A stretch of 64,000 nucleotides of DNA from an uncultured delta proteobacterium (GCA_963761335.1 CAVXGR010000005.1:320001-384000), one strand, 5' to 3'. Shown: positions 30,886 through 45,922, counted from the stretch's first letter. Made by a program: numbers and translations. Notes: generated by a model from the sequence alone, not told the origin.

Positions 30886-31743
30886 TCAGCCGGCGGCGGC
30901 TGAGGGCGGCTCCGCGTCGGCGGCCGGGGGCTGCGGGCGCCCCTTGAACTCGTCCATCGAGGCGTTGACGCCGAGGAAGGTGGCGATCCAGTCGAAGAGC
31001 GGTACCGGCAGGAAGCGCATGGGCGGCACGAGGTAGATCAACGGCGGCATCCAGACGCGCGCCCGATCGTTGCGGATCGCTTGCACGACTCGCTCCGCGA
31101 CCTGCTCCTCCTCGAGGATCGGCAACAGCCGCGGGAAGCGCGAGCGGACGCCACGGAACATCCCCGTGTTGATGTAGAAGGGACAGACGATGGTGGTGCG
31201 CACCTGCGGTGCGGTGCTGCGCAGCTCGGCGCGCAGCGACTCGTCGAACCCCATGGCCGCCCACTTGGTGGCGGCGTAGTCGCTCAGCCGAGCCACGCCG
31301 ATCAGCGCCGAAGCCGAGGCGATCGTCACCACGTGCCCGCGGCTCTGGGCGACCATGTGCGGTAGGAAGGCCTTTGCCGTCCAGAACAGCGACAGCGCGT
31401 TGACCGCAAACGACGCTTCGATTCTGTCGTCGGGAATTTCCAGCAGCGGCCTGCCGCTGACGATGCCGGCATTGTTGATGAGGATGTCGACGGGGCCGAC
31501 GGCAGCGCGCACCTCGTCGGCGCGCGCGTACACCTGCTCGCGGTTGGATACGTCGCAGAGAAAGCCCACCGCCTTCTCGCGCGCCTCGCCGTTGATCTCG
31601 GCGACGACGCGGTCGAGGTTCTGCTGGTGGATGTCCCAGATGACCAGACGCCCGCCGCGCGCCGCCAGCTTCTTCCCCATCAGCCGGCCGATGCCGCTGG
31701 CGCCGCCGGTGATCAGGATGGTTCTGCCGTTGATGATACTCAT
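30886..31743 (-). CDS. SDR family oxidoreductase (retinol/17beta-HSD-like)
   Basis: TGGASGIG, NNAG, YAATK, CPFYINTGMF. Confidence 0.92.
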   Translation of the reverse strand: MSIINGRTILITGGASGIGRLMGKKLAARGGRLVIWDIHQQNLDRVVAEINGEAREKAVGFLCDVSNREQVYARADEVRAAVGPVDILINNAGIVSGRPLLEIPDDRIEASFAVNALSLFWTAKAFLPHMVAQSRGHVVTIASASALIGVARLSDYAATKWAAMGFDESLRAELRSTAPQVRTTIVCPFYINTGMFRGVRSRFPRLLPILEEEQVAERVVQAIRNDRARVWMPPLIYLVPPMRFLPVPLFDWIATFLGVNASMDEFKGRPQPPAADAEPPSAAAG

Positions 31744-31763
31744 GGACCTTTCCGAAGCGCGGC

Positions 31764-32516
31764 TCAGCTAAACCTTGGCCCTCCCGGGATGCTGTTCTCT
31801 CCGGTGAAGAGCCGCCACTCGCCGCCGATCAGTCGTTCGTGCGGCAGGTAGCGGGCCTTGTAAGCCATCGAGCGGCATCCGGCAACGTAGAGGCCGAGAT
31901 AGAGGTGACGCAGCCCCCAGGTGCGGCAGAGCGCCATCTGCTTGAGGATCGAGTAGGTTCCCGGGCTCAGAGCCGCGTCGCTGGGATCGTAGTAGCAGTA
32001 CACCGCCGACAGCGCGTCGTCGGCGCGATCGGCGATGGCGACGCCGACGAGCCGGTTGCGCAGGTAATAGGTGAGCTCCAGGGTTTCTGCGCAGGTGTCG
32101 ACGAGGAACTCCTCGTAGTCGCGCGCGTCGAGGAAATCGTTGCGCACCAGAAGACCGCGCTCCGCCTTGTGGCGGTTGTAGAGAGCCACCTTCTCGTCGG
32201 TCACCGTCGGCGCGCCGATGCGCGTCTCCAGCAGAGCCTCGCCGCGCCGGAGGATGCGGCTCTGCGTGCGGCTCGGCTGATAGCGTTCGACGTCGACGCG
32301 AATCGCTTCGCAGGCCTGGCAGGAAGTGCAGCTGGGGCGATAGAGGAGCATGCCCTGGCGCCGGTCTCCCTGCCGGAGCCGCTCGCTCAGCTGCCGGCGG
32401 TCGAGGCGCCGCGAGGGCAGGCGGAGCGGCAAGTTGACCCTCTGCTCGGGCAGGTAGGCGCAGGCATGGCGGGCGCGATGCACCAGCCACTCTGGGGGAT
32501 CGCCAGCGTACGACAC
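31764..32516 (-). CDS. ate: Arginyl/Leu-tRNA--protein transferase (Ate1/Bpt family)
   Basis: HACAYLP, GDRRQG..YRPSCTSCQAC, LSAVYCYYDP, SPGTYSIL, YLGLY, MAYKA. Confidence 0.88.
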   Translation of the reverse strand: MSYAGDPPEWLVHRARHACAYLPEQRVNLPLRLPSRRLDRRQLSERLRQGDRRQGMLLYRPSCTSCQACEAIRVDVERYQPSRTQSRILRRGEALLETRIGAPTVTDEKVALYNRHKAERGLLVRNDFLDARDYEEFLVDTCAETLELTYYLRNRLVGVAIADRADDALSAVYCYYDPSDAALSPGTYSILKQMALCRTWGLRHLYLGLYVAGCRSMAYKARYLPHERLIGGEWRLFTGENSIPGGPRFS

Positions 32517-32588
32517 GCTGACCAGGATAGCACCTGCTCGAATGGCTGCGAAGGGAGTAGCGAGGGCACCTTGGTCCGTGCGGGATCG

Positions 32589-32628
32589 TTCCGCCGGTTC
32601 CCGGTCCTCATTCCGTCGTCTTCCATCG
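32589..32628. repeat. Single arm of the family-D palindromic repeat
   Basis: TTCCCGGTCCTCATTCCGTCGTCTTCCAT matches the arms at 34783-34945 and 57495-57647. Confidence 0.55.
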
Positions 32629-32678
32629 GATCACCGTCCGCGGTTGAATTTTCGCGGCGGAGCGCCCACAAGGTGCGA

Positions 32679-33617
32679 ATGCGCGCCGAGGGCGAGAGAC
32701 TGCCGGCTGTGGCTGAGATCGCCAGCCGGACCCTGGCGCTGGTGAACCCGATGGCTCGGGGTGGAAGGGCGGCCGAGGTCTGGCGAGCTCTGCAGGCTGC
32801 GGATTCGCGTCTCGCCGAGGTCCGTGTCGTGCAGACCTCTTCGCCGGAGGCGGCGCGCGCGGCGCTCATGCCGCTTCTCGATTCCGGTGCGGATCGCCTG
32901 ATCGTGGTCGGCGGCGATGGCAGCGTGCATCACGCCGTCAATCTCCTCATCGAGAGCGGCCGCGCCGCGGAGATCGGTCTCGGCCTGGTTCCGGTGGGCA
33001 CCGGCTCCGATCTGGCGCGCACCCTGGGAATTCCCGCGGATCCGAGCCGGGCCGTCGACCGACTGCTCGCCGCCGCGCCGCGGCCGATCGACGCGATCGA
33101 GCTGACCACGGCCGATGGCCGCCGGCGGTTCGTGGTCAACGTCGCGTCCTCAGGCATCTCTGGCCTGGTCGATGCGGCCGTGCGGGCGTTGCCCAAGGCC
33201 AGCGCCACCGCCTATCTAAAGGCGACACTGGGGGCGTTTTGGCGTTACCGTCCCGTAGCCTGTCGGGTGACTGTCGATGGCGAGCCCTGGTACCAGGGAG
33301 AGATCTTCCTGCTCGCCATGGCCAACGGCCGCTGCTTCGGAAACGGCATGCGCATCGCGCCCGAGGCCGAGCTCGACGACGGGCTCGGGGACATCGTCCT
33401 GGTCCAACCACTGCCGACATGGCAGCTGCCCCTGCGTCTGCCGCAGATCTACCGCGGCACCCATCTCGGCAGTCGCTACGTGCGCTGGCGCCGGGGCCGC
33501 TGCCTGGAGATCGAGCCGCTCGCACCATTGCCACCATTCGATCTCGACGGCGACGTCTTCGAGGCGGATGGCGCCACTCTGACCATGCGTCCGGCGGCTC
33601 TGCGGCTCCTGGCCTGA
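32679..33617 (+). CDS. Diacylglycerol/lipid kinase family (YegS/BmrU) protein
   Basis: LVNPMARGG, VVGGDGS, PVGTGSDLA, ANGRCFGNG, LDDG, DLDGD; start uncertain (32679 or 32709). Confidence 0.88.
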   Translation: MRAEGERLPAVAEIASRTLALVNPMARGGRAAEVWRALQAADSRLAEVRVVQTSSPEAARAALMPLLDSGADRLIVVGGDGSVHHAVNLLIESGRAAEIGLGLVPVGTGSDLARTLGIPADPSRAVDRLLAAAPRPIDAIELTTADGRRRFVVNVASSGISGLVDAAVRALPKASATAYLKATLGAFWRYRPVACRVTVDGEPWYQGEIFLLAMANGRCFGNGMRIAPEAELDDGLGDIVLVQPLPTWQLPLRLPQIYRGTHLGSRYVRWRRGRCLEIEPLAPLPPFDLDGDVFEADGATLTMRPAALRLLA

Positions 33618-33750
33618 GGCTGTTTGCGCCGCCGTCGGCCCCGCGGCGCGGCAGCGCGCCGCCGTCCTGCCTTGCGTCCCTGCCGCTGCCCTCGCACTTC
33701 TGCGGGATCTGATGGCAGGTCAAATAAGGGGCAAAGGGAAATCGAGGCGA

Positions 33751-33766
33751 CGGCACGCGCCTTGCT
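33751..33766 (+). promoter_or_regulatory. sigma54 -24/-12 promoter
   Basis: CGGCACGCGCCTTGCT fits GGCACG-N4-TTGC, 57 nt upstream of a GTG start with RBS GGAGG. Confidence 0.65.
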
Positions 33767-33822
33767 CAACTGCTCACTCATCAAATGCCAGGCAGTGCAG
33801 CAGCGCAGCCCAGGAGGTAATC

Positions 33823-34236
33823 GTGTCGCAGGAAGGCAATAGCGCATTCGCGGAGGTGCTGACGGAGATGGAGTCGAGTGGGTCGGGTGTGGATTTCGAT
33901 TTGCACTCCGGGTCGGTCGCCGGCGGCGAGCCCAGGCGCGGGCAGTTCACCGGCACACGCGCCCTGATGCTGGCGGTGTTCGAGGACGGCATCCGCTGCT
34001 ATCTGAGCTCCAGCAAGGGAGTGGCCCTGGAGGCCGAGTGCTGGGTGCACTCCGACCGCGTGCGTTCACCGTTTGCCTTTCCGGTAATCTGCGAGATGCT
34101 CGGTCTGGATGACGCCGCCGTGCGCGTGGCGCTGCGCCGCATGCGCGAGCGCCAGGTCTCGCCGCGCCAGGCGCTGCCCCGCTCCCGCCCCAACGTCCGT
34201 ATCGCCAACCGCGTGCGCGTCCGCAAGGCCGCCTAG
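33823..34236 (+). CDS. Small conserved hypothetical protein (LMLAVFEDGIRC..EAECWV..PFAF..ICEMLGLD motif)
   Basis: Strong RBS AGGAGG at 33812 before GTG 33823; helical core and basic C-terminus. Confidence 0.75.
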   Translation: MSQEGNSAFAEVLTEMESSGSGVDFDLHSGSVAGGEPRRGQFTGTRALMLAVFEDGIRCYLSSSKGVALEAECWVHSDRVRSPFAFPVICEMLGLDDAAVRVALRRMRERQVSPRQALPRSRPNVRIANRVRVRKAA

Positions 34237-34700
34237 CGCAGCAGCATGCCCCAGACGATGGTATCGCCGAGGCGTTCGTCGGTGCGCCGCAGGCGCTCGG
34301 CCATCTCCTCGAGGATGGCGACGTAGATGTGATTGGCGGCCGCGGGGTGTGCCTCGGTGAAGCGGTCGAGGGCGCTGCGCGGCATTGCCACCAGAGCGCC
34401 GTCGGTCAGGGCCACCACCCTCGCCGTCGTCGGCCCGCGATCGAACAGGCTGACCTCGCCGAAGGCGCTTCCCGGCTCCAGCCGGCCGAGCAGCACGTCG
34501 TGCTCCTTCACCTGGCGGCGCACGTGTAGGAGCCCCTCCCGCACGATGTACAGTGACGGGTCCGGCTGTCGCCGTCCCTGCGGCAATACCTCGTCGCCGC
34601 GCTTGAACGGATGCGGCTGGCAATGGCGGGCGAAGGCCTCGAGGTCGCTGTCGGCCAGGCCGGCGAAGAACTTGATGCCGCGGAGAAACTTGGGGTCCAT
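34233..34700 (-). CDS. Stand-alone cyclic-nucleotide-binding (Crp-like) domain protein
   Basis: FFAGL, LYIVREG, GSAFGEVSLFD, TTARVVA; RBS AAAGGAG; no HTH. Confidence 0.85.
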   Translation of the reverse strand: MDPKFLRGIKFFAGLADSDLEAFARHCQPHPFKRGDEVLPQGRRQPDPSLYIVREGLLHVRRQVKEHDVLLGRLEPGSAFGEVSLFDRGPTTARVVALTDGALVAMPRSALDRFTEAHPAAANHIYVAILEEMAERLRRTDERLGDTIVWGMLLR

Positions 34701-34782
34701 GCGGGGCTCCTTTGCCGCGCGAGCGGTCGGCGCAGGCTAGCAAAGCACATCCGGGAGGGCGAGGCTCCGGCGAGGGACGGCC

Positions 34783-34945
34783 ATTCCCGGTTCCCACATT
34801 CCCGGTTCTCATCCCCGGTTCTCATTCCGTCGTTTTCCATTGTTCTGAAGGGTCAGGCAAAGCCGATCGGCTGCCGGGCTTGCCGTCGCTGTCAGAGCGA
34901 ATGGAAGACGACGGAATGAGAACCGGGAATGAGAACGGAGAATGA
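34783..34945. repeat. Family-D palindromic element built from 13-mer ATTCCCGGTTCTC units
   Basis: Left arm TTCTCATTCCGTCGTTTTCCATT and right arm AATGGAAGACGACGGAATGAGAA; inverted copy at 57495-57647. Confidence 0.8.
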
Positions 34946-35007
34946 ACGGCAATCCTGTCCCCTCCGTCGAGTTCCGGCGGCGGTTGTGTTAGGCGAATAG
35001 CGGCACC

Positions 35008-37059
35008 GTGACCCAGGCCCGCGACCGCTATTCGGAGTTTCTCGACGTTCGGCAGCACGGCTTTGTCCGCGTCGGCGTGGCCGTGCCCGAGTCGCGCGTC
35101 GGAGATCCGGGATTCAACGCCGACGCGCACCTGAAGATGCTCGAGTCGGCGGCGCAGAGCGGCGCCCATTACCTGCTCTTCCCCGAGCTCGGATTGAGCG
35201 GCTATTCCTGCGGCGACCTCTTTTTCCAGGATACCTTGCTGCGGCAGGTGGAGGAGGCACTGCGGCGGGTACTCGAGGGCAGCTCCGCGTGGAATACCAT
35301 CCTCTCCGTCGGCCTGCCGTTGCGCGTCGACGGATTGCTGTTCAACTGCGCGGCGACTCTCTATCGCGGCGAGCTGCTGGCGGTTGCCCCGAAGAGCTAT
35401 CCGCCGAACTACCGGGAGTTCTACGAGCTGCGCTGGTTCCACGCCGCCGCCGAGGGGCGCTCGCGCCAGGTGCGGCTGCTCGGGCGAGAGGTGCCCTTCG
35501 GCACGGACGTCCTGCTGCGCGCCGCGCACCTTCCCGGCTTCGTGCTGCACACCGACGTCTGCGAGGACTTGTGGGTGCCGGTGCCGCCGAGCACGCTGGC
35601 GGCTCTCGCCGGCGCCACCGTTCTCGGCAATCTCTCCGCCTCGAACATCACCGTGGCCAAGTGGGAGTATCGCCAGGATCTGGTGCGCGCTTCCTCGGCG
35701 CGCAACCTGGCGGTGCAGCTCTACAGCGCCGCCGGCTTCGGCGAGTCGACGGCGGATCTCGCCTGGGACGGCCACGGCCTGATCGCCGAGCGCGGCGTGC
35801 TGATCGGCGAGACCGAGCGCTTCGCCCTGCACGGCAGCTCGGTGCTGGTGGACGCCGACCTGCATGCCCTGGCGCAGGATCGCCTGCAGCAGACGTCCTT
35901 CGGTCAGAACGCGCGGTCGCTGCCGCTCGCCGACTTCCGCAGCGTCGATTTCGGCGATGCCGAAGACAGCCGCCCGGCCCGGGTGTTCCACACCCTGCGG
36001 CGGCGGCGCGAGCCGTTTCCCTTCGTTCCCGCCGATCCGGCCCGGCGCGACCAACGCTGCCGCGAGGTCTTTCTCATCCAGGCGAGCTCACTGGCGCGGC
36101 GCCTGGTGGCGCTGCCGGTCGAGGCGCGCCGCACCGTGATCGGCGTTTCCGGCGGCCAGGACTCGACGCATGCGTTGCTGGTGGCGGCGCACGCCATGGA
36201 TCTCCTCGGCCTCGATCGCCAGGGCATCATCGCCGTGACCATGCCGGGTTTCGGCACCACGGAGCGCACTCGCGCCAATGCCCTGCGCCTCATCGACGCC
36301 ATCGGGGCGACGCGCAAGGAGATCCCGATCACGGCGCTGAGCGAGGCGGTGTACGCCGCCATCGGCCATCCGCCGGAGGTCGAGGATTTGACCTTCGAGA
36401 ACGTGCAGGCGTGGATGCGCAAGCTCCTGCTCTTCGCCACCGCCTCGCGGGAGAAGGGCATCGATCTGGGCACCGGCGATCTCTCCGAGATCGCCCTCGG
36501 CTGGTCGACGTACGGCGGCGATCACCTGTCGCACTACGGCGTCAACGCCGGCGTGCCGAAGACGCTGATCACCTATCTGATCCGCTGGGTGGCCGAGGTC
36601 ATCTTCGCGGGCGAGGCGGAGGTGAAAGGCGTCCTCGAGGACATCCTCGACACGCCGATCAGCCCGGAGCTGTTGCGGCCGAGCGCCGAGGGTGCGATCC
36701 GCCAGCGTTCCGAGGACGTGCTCGGGCCGTACGAGCTCAACGACTTCTTCCTCTATCACTTCATTCGCTTCGGCTCCGGACCGCGGCGGATCGCGCGCCT
36801 GTGCCTGCACGCCTTCGGCGACAAGTACCATCTCAACGAGATCCGCCAGCGGCTGATCCTGTTCGTGTCGCGCTTCTTCGCCAGCCAGTTCAAGCGCGAC
36901 TGCATTCCCGACGGTCCGAAGGTGGGCTCGGGTGGCTCGCTCTCCCCGCGCGGCGACTGGCGCATGCCCGCCGACGCCAGCGCCGCGGCCTGGATCGCCG
37001 AGGCCGAGTCGATCCCCGGAGAGCTCGCCGCGCCGCTCCCGCGAAATCAGAAAAAGTGA
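35008..37059 (+). CDS. nadE: Glutamine-dependent NAD+ synthetase
   Basis: Nitrilase domain (FPELGLSGY, PKSYPPNYREFYE, CEDLW) plus synthetase domain (GVSGGQDST, MPGFGT, ENVQA, GTGDLSE, TPISPEL). Confidence 0.95.
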   Translation: MTQARDRYSEFLDVRQHGFVRVGVAVPESRVGDPGFNADAHLKMLESAAQSGAHYLLFPELGLSGYSCGDLFFQDTLLRQVEEALRRVLEGSSAWNTILSVGLPLRVDGLLFNCAATLYRGELLAVAPKSYPPNYREFYELRWFHAAAEGRSRQVRLLGREVPFGTDVLLRAAHLPGFVLHTDVCEDLWVPVPPSTLAALAGATVLGNLSASNITVAKWEYRQDLVRASSARNLAVQLYSAAGFGESTADLAWDGHGLIAERGVLIGETERFALHGSSVLVDADLHALAQDRLQQTSFGQNARSLPLADFRSVDFGDAEDSRPARVFHTLRRRREPFPFVPADPARRDQRCREVFLIQASSLARRLVALPVEARRTVIGVSGGQDSTHALLVAAHAMDLLGLDRQGIIAVTMPGFGTTERTRANALRLIDAIGATRKEIPITALSEAVYAAIGHPPEVEDLTFENVQAWMRKLLLFATASREKGIDLGTGDLSEIALGWSTYGGDHLSHYGVNAGVPKTLITYLIRWVAEVIFAGEAEVKGVLEDILDTPISPELLRPSAEGAIRQRSEDVLGPYELNDFFLYHFIRFGSGPRRIARLCLHAFGDKYHLNEIRQRLILFVSRFFASQFKRDCIPDGPKVGSGGSLSPRGDWRMPADASAAAWIAEAESIPGELAAPLPRNQKK

Positions 37060-37138
37060 CTCAGTTCCTCGGTGACTCGGTGGCTCGGTAACCCGGTCAC
37101 TGAGCCACCGAGATACCGAGCCACCGAGTCACCGAGCC
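37057..37138. repeat. Short octamer tandem repeats (GGTGRCTC / GAGYCACC) in inverted arrangement
   Basis: Lies between the converging nadE and wax synthase stop codons. Confidence 0.75.
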
Positions 37139-38523
37139 GCGGCTCGCCGCAGCTCCACGAAGGCCTCCTCGATGTTTGCCTGAAAGCGCTCGACGTCCGG
37201 CATCGAGGTCTCGTCGGAGTTGAGGCCGATGTAGAGGTTCTCGCGATAGCCGTACAAGGCGACGCTGACCGGGCTCTTGATGGCGACGGGGGCGAAGGGG
37301 TGGGCGCTGAGGATTTCGGCGCCGGCGAGGTAGCGGGGTACGAGGATTCCGGGGACGTTGGTGACGATGAAGTCGACGCTGCCGAAGGTCGCCTCCGACA
37401 TCCAGGTCACCAGAGCGCGCGGCAAAACGCTCAGCAGCTCGGCGAGTACCGGCGTGGCCGACGACATCGGATCGGCCTTCTTCGCCTCCATGCGCCGGTG
37501 AATCTCGCGGTAGGTGGGCAGGACACCGCGCATGCGGATGGGCAGGGGAACGAGGATGCCGGTGGCGACGTTGCCGACGTGGGCCTTCTCCGCCCACTGC
37601 TGCGGCGTGCGCAGGTTCACCGGCACCAGCGTCATCAGCTCTTCCACCTCGCGGATGCCGTGGGTGCGGTGCCATTTGCCGATGGCGCGCGCCATGATGG
37701 TGAGGATGACGTCGATCATCGAGCCGCCGAGAGCCTGCTTGATGCGGCGCATGTCGTCGAAGGGCAGATGCATGCCGGTGAAGCGCCGCGTGCGTCCGGC
37801 GCGGCTCTTCAGCGGCGAGCCGCTTTCGAAGGTCACCGACTCGGCGACCGAGCGCAAGGCGGTGAGCGCCGTGCGCAGCTTGGTGGGGTGCTGAATGGTG
37901 TCCCCGACGGCGCCGGCGACCGCCGAGGCGCGCCGCAGGTCGAGCTCGATGCGATCGCGAACCGCCTCCAGCAGACGCTCTCCGAGCGGTCGCGGCTGCG
38001 GCCACGCCTGCTTCATGCCGTGATAATCGCTGCCGTGGCGCGGCTCGACGGGCTCGCGCTCGGCATCGGTCATGGCCGCGAAGACGGCGTTGGCGCCGAC
38101 GCCGTCGGCGACTGCGTGGTGCAGCTTGAAGAACAGCGCCGAGTGGCCGTGTGGCGCCAGGCCGTCGTAGACGCGCACCTCCCAGAGCGGCCGCGAGCGG
38201 TCGAACGGCGTCAGGTAGGCGGGGCCGATCTCGCGGAACAGCTCCGCCATGTCGGCGCGGCCGGGGAGCGCGTGCCGCCGTACGTGGTAGTCGAGGTCGA
38301 AGGTGGCGTCGAGCTCCCAGTGCGGCACGGTCAGCTCGAGTGGCGCATCGGCGACCCGCTGCGCCAAGCGCGGCACCGCCGCCACGGCGTGTTCGAAAGC
38401 GAGTCGCAGCCGGCCTTCCTCCGGAGCTCGGTCGAGCACCAGAAGCATCGCCATCGTCGTCGGCTGCATCGGCGAGTCGAGCCACCAGAACGTCAGGTCT
38501 TCACCGGAGAGTCGGTCGAGCAT
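37129..38523 (-). CDS. Wax ester synthase / diacylglycerol acyltransferase (WS/DGAT)
   Basis: FDLDYHVRR, FDRSRPLWE, catalytic HHAVADG, LVPVNLR, VTNVPG. Confidence 0.92.
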   Translation of the reverse strand: MLDRLSGEDLTFWWLDSPMQPTTMAMLLVLDRAPEEGRLRLAFEHAVAAVPRLAQRVADAPLELTVPHWELDATFDLDYHVRRHALPGRADMAELFREIGPAYLTPFDRSRPLWEVRVYDGLAPHGHSALFFKLHHAVADGVGANAVFAAMTDAEREPVEPRHGSDYHGMKQAWPQPRPLGERLLEAVRDRIELDLRRASAVAGAVGDTIQHPTKLRTALTALRSVAESVTFESGSPLKSRAGRTRRFTGMHLPFDDMRRIKQALGGSMIDVILTIMARAIGKWHRTHGIREVEELMTLVPVNLRTPQQWAEKAHVGNVATGILVPLPIRMRGVLPTYREIHRRMEAKKADPMSSATPVLAELLSVLPRALVTWMSEATFGSVDFIVTNVPGILVPRYLAGAEILSAHPFAPVAIKSPVSVALYGYRENLYIGLNSDETSMPDVERFQANIEEAFVELRRAAAR

Positions 38524-38570
38524 GGCCCTACGTCTGCTTCGCCCGGCGGTAGCAGTCAAGGAGAGGTTGC

Positions 38571-38781
38571 TCGGTGGCTCAGTTTCTCGGTGGCTCGGTG
38601 GAGAGAAGACGTGGCCCGGTATCCCGGTGGCTCAGTTTCTCGGTGGCTCGGTATCTCAGTGGCTCAGTTTTCGAGTTGGCCGGTTTGCGAGCTCGCATTG
38701 GGGATCGGCCGTCCGGCTGATTGGAGCTGCCCGAGAAACTGAGCCACTGAGCCACTGAGCCACCGAGCCACGTCTCTCGGT
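38571..38781. repeat. Octamer tandem repeats (GGTGGCTC / GAGCCACT) in inverted arrangement
   Basis: Multiple CGGTGGCT/CAGT units, followed by GAGCCACT x2 and GAGCCACC. Confidence 0.75.
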
Positions 38782-38808
38782 TTAACACAATTGTCGCCTT
38801 ATAAACCC

Positions 38809-38838
38809 TTGACATGAGCCCGGTCTTGCCGTTAGTTT
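38809..38838 (+). promoter_or_regulatory. Candidate sigma70 promoter of lrp-gltBD
   Basis: TTGACA-18 nt-TAGTTT in an AT-rich patch upstream of ATG 38864. Confidence 0.45.
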
Positions 38839-38863
38839 CGCGGTCCCTTTGCTAGGAAACCTT

Positions 38864-39409
38864 ATGAAATTAGGGCAACACGACAGCGACCTGGATGCCA
38901 TCGACCTGCAGATCCTTGCTCTGCTGCAGAGCAACTGCAAGTTGCCGTGGGGGAAGATCGGCGAGCAGGTGGGTCTCTCCGCCCCTTCGGTCATCGAACG
39001 GGTGAAGAAGCTCGAAGAGAGCGGCGTCATCTGCGGCTACCAGGCGATCCTCAGCAGCCGTGCCCTGGGAATGGACGTCACCGCCTTCATCGGCGTCCTG
39101 GTGGAGAACCCCGGCTCCATCGAAGCCGTCGAGCAGCGTCTCACGCAGCTGGAGGACGTGCTCGAATGCCACCACGTCACCGGCGGCTACACGCTCCTGC
39201 TCAAGGTGAAGACCTACAACACCGCCTCGCTGGAGGAGGTCATCCGCCAGGTGCGCTCGGTGGACAACGTGGCGCGCACCGAGACCATGGTGGTGCTCTC
39301 CACGCACACGGAGCGGGTGCAGATCCACCTGCCGCAGGGCGGCGCCTCGACCTCGCGCCGCTCGCGGCGGAGCAACGAGAAAGAGCCAATCCAATTGAAG
39401 CGAGCCTGA
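38864..39409 (+). CDS. Lrp/AsnC family transcriptional regulator
   Basis: [41 protein letters not shown]. Confidence 0.93.
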   Translation: MKLGQHDSDLDAIDLQILALLQSNCKLPWGKIGEQVGLSAPSVIERVKKLEESGVICGYQAILSSRALGMDVTAFIGVLVENPGSIEAVEQRLTQLEDVLECHHVTGGYTLLLKVKTYNTASLEEVIRQVRSVDNVARTETMVVLSTHTERVQIHLPQGGASTSRRSRRSNEKEPIQLKRA

Positions 39410-39411
39410 CG

Positions 39412-43959
<4,548 letters not shown>

Positions 43960-43967
43960 GAAAAGCA

Positions 43968-44077
43968 GGTTGTTGGGTTGTTCGTTGTTGGTTGTTGGGG
44001 GAAGAGGTCTGGACACCTCCCGGCAGCCGACAACCTCTCTGACCTAACAACCTAACAACTCAACAACCCGACAACCT
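43968..44077. repeat. Heptamer tandem repeats (GGTTGTT / AACAACC) in inverted arrangement
   Basis: GT-rich left half and AC-rich right half, between gltB and gltD. Confidence 0.75.
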
Positions 44078-44084
44078 GGTCTCT

Positions 44085-45536
44085 ATGGGGAAGATAACTG
44101 GATTTCTGGAAATCGAGCGCGAGATACCGTCGCGGCGGCCGATCGAGGAGCGCCTGCGCGACTGGCGCGAGCTCGAGGGCAAGCATTCCGACGAGGTGCT
44201 GCAGCAGCAGGCGGCGCGCTGCATGGACTGCGGCATTCCCTTCTGCCACAAGGGCTGTCCGCTCGGGAACATCATCCCCGACTGGAACGACCTCATCTAT
44301 CGCGGCCGCTGGCGAGAGGCGATCGACCGCCTGCACTCGACCAACAATTTCCCCGAGTTCACCGGCCGCATCTGTCCGGCGCCCTGCGAGGAGGCCTGCG
44401 TCCTCAACATCAACGACGACGCGGTGACCATCAAGCAGATCGAGAAGCAGATCATCGGTCACGCCCTCAAGCACGGCGGGGTGGCGCCGCACGTGCCGCC
44501 GCGACACACCGGCAAGAAGGTCGCCGTCGTCGGCTCGGGTCCGGCCGGCCTGGCCTGCGCCCAGCAGCTGGCGCGCGCCGGTCATCTGGTGACCGTCTTC
44601 GAGCGCGCCGATCGCATCGGCGGGCTGCTGCGCTACGGCATTCCCGACTTCAAGATGGAGAAGCACCTCATCGACTTCCGCATGAAGCAGATGGAGGCCG
44701 AAGGGGTGACCTTTCGGCCCAGCGTCAACATCGGCATCGACTATCCCAGCGAGCGCCTGCGCAAGGAGTTCGACGCCGTCGTCCTCAGCGGCGGCGCCAC
44801 CAAGCCGCGCGATCTTCCGGTTCCCGGCCGCGAGCTCCGGGGCATCCACTTCGCCATGGAGTTTCTCCCGCAACAGAACAAGCGGGTGGCCGGCGACCAG
44901 GTGCCGGGACAGATCAGCGCCAAGGGCAAGCGCGTCGTCATCCTCGGCGGCGGCGACACCGGCTCCGATTGCCTCGGCACCTCCAACCGTCAGGGCGCCG
45001 CCGGCGTGTCCCAGTTCGAGCTGCTGCCCAAGCCTCCGGAGCAGCGCACCGAGGAGGTGGCGCCGTGGCCGTACTGGCCGATGATCCTGCGCACCTCCAG
45101 CTCGCACGAGGAAGGGGTGAAGCGCGACTGGAGCATCAACACCAAGTCCTTCTCCGGCGACGCCGACGGCAACGTCAAGAAGCTGCACGCCGTGCGCCTG
45201 GAATGGAAGAAGGGCGACAACGGCCGGCCGCAGATGATCGAGATCCCGGGCAGCGAGTTCGAGATCGACTGCGACCTGGTGCTCCTGGCCCTCGGCTTTC
45301 TCGGGCCCGAGCGCGAAGGCCCGGTGGGTGACTTGGGTCTGAAGCTCGACGAGCGCAGCAACGTCGTCGCCGACGCCAACTACATGAGCAGCGTCCCGGG
45401 CGTCTTCGCCTGCGGCGACATGCGCCGCGGCCAGTCGCTGGTCGTCTGGGCAATCTGGGAAGGCCGCGAGTGCGCCCGCGGCGTCGATGCGTTCCTGATG
45501 GGACAAACCGATCTCCCCGCCAGCCCGCTGGGGTGA
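44085..45536 (+). CDS. gltD: Glutamate synthase small subunit
   Basis: [47 protein letters not shown]. Confidence 0.97.
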   Translation: MGKITGFLEIEREIPSRRPIEERLRDWRELEGKHSDEVLQQQAARCMDCGIPFCHKGCPLGNIIPDWNDLIYRGRWREAIDRLHSTNNFPEFTGRICPAPCEEACVLNINDDAVTIKQIEKQIIGHALKHGGVAPHVPPRHTGKKVAVVGSGPAGLACAQQLARAGHLVTVFERADRIGGLLRYGIPDFKMEKHLIDFRMKQMEAEGVTFRPSVNIGIDYPSERLRKEFDAVVLSGGATKPRDLPVPGRELRGIHFAMEFLPQQNKRVAGDQVPGQISAKGKRVVILGGGDTGSDCLGTSNRQGAAGVSQFELLPKPPEQRTEEVAPWPYWPMILRTSSSHEEGVKRDWSINTKSFSGDADGNVKKLHAVRLEWKKGDNGRPQMIEIPGSEFEIDCDLVLLALGFLGPEREGPVGDLGLKLDERSNVVADANYMSSVPGVFACGDMRRGQSLVVWAIWEGRECARGVDAFLMGQTDLPASPLG

Positions 45537-45542
45537 GACGAC

Positions 45543-45652
45543 AGGTTGTTGGGTTGTTGGGTTGTTAGTTGTTAGGTCATTGTTTGTGGACTGCGGAGCG
45601 GATTCGGGTGTTTTGCCCCCCCTAACAACGCAACAACCTAACAACTAACGAC
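45543..45652. repeat. Heptamer tandem repeats (GGTTGTT / AACAACC) in inverted arrangement
   Basis: Same family as 43968-44077; begins CAGGTTGTTGG and ends ACGACCTGCTTT. Confidence 0.75.
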
Positions 45653-45665
45653 CTGCTTTCCCGCC

Positions 45666-45851
45666 ATGTCCCTGACCACTGCCCACAAGATCCTCATCGC
45701 CACGGCCATCGTCTTCTTCCTCTTCTACGCCGGGTTCGAGGTGAAGCGCGGCGTGAGCGGAGGCGATGGCTGGGCATATCTGCGCGCCGCCGTCAGCTTG
45801 GCGGTGGCGGTGGGGTTCGCCCGCTACTACCGCACTATCAAGCCGGTGTGA
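45666..45851 (+). CDS. Small two-TM membrane protein
   Basis: 61 aa, GC3-rich codons, two hydrophobic helices. Confidence 0.6.
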   Translation: MSLTTAHKILIATAIVFFLFYAGFEVKRGVSGGDGWAYLRAAVSLAVAVGFARYYRTIKPV

Positions 45852-45922
45852 GGGCTCCGGCAGGGGCGTGTCCCGACAAGCCCCCCTTGTCGCGAGGGGA
45901 GGCAGCCGATAAATTCACTTCC

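Noticed and set aside
38947..39411. N-terminal extension of GltB (1670 aa track ORF)
   Set aside because: Overlaps lrp in another frame; GltB homology starts at ATG 39412.
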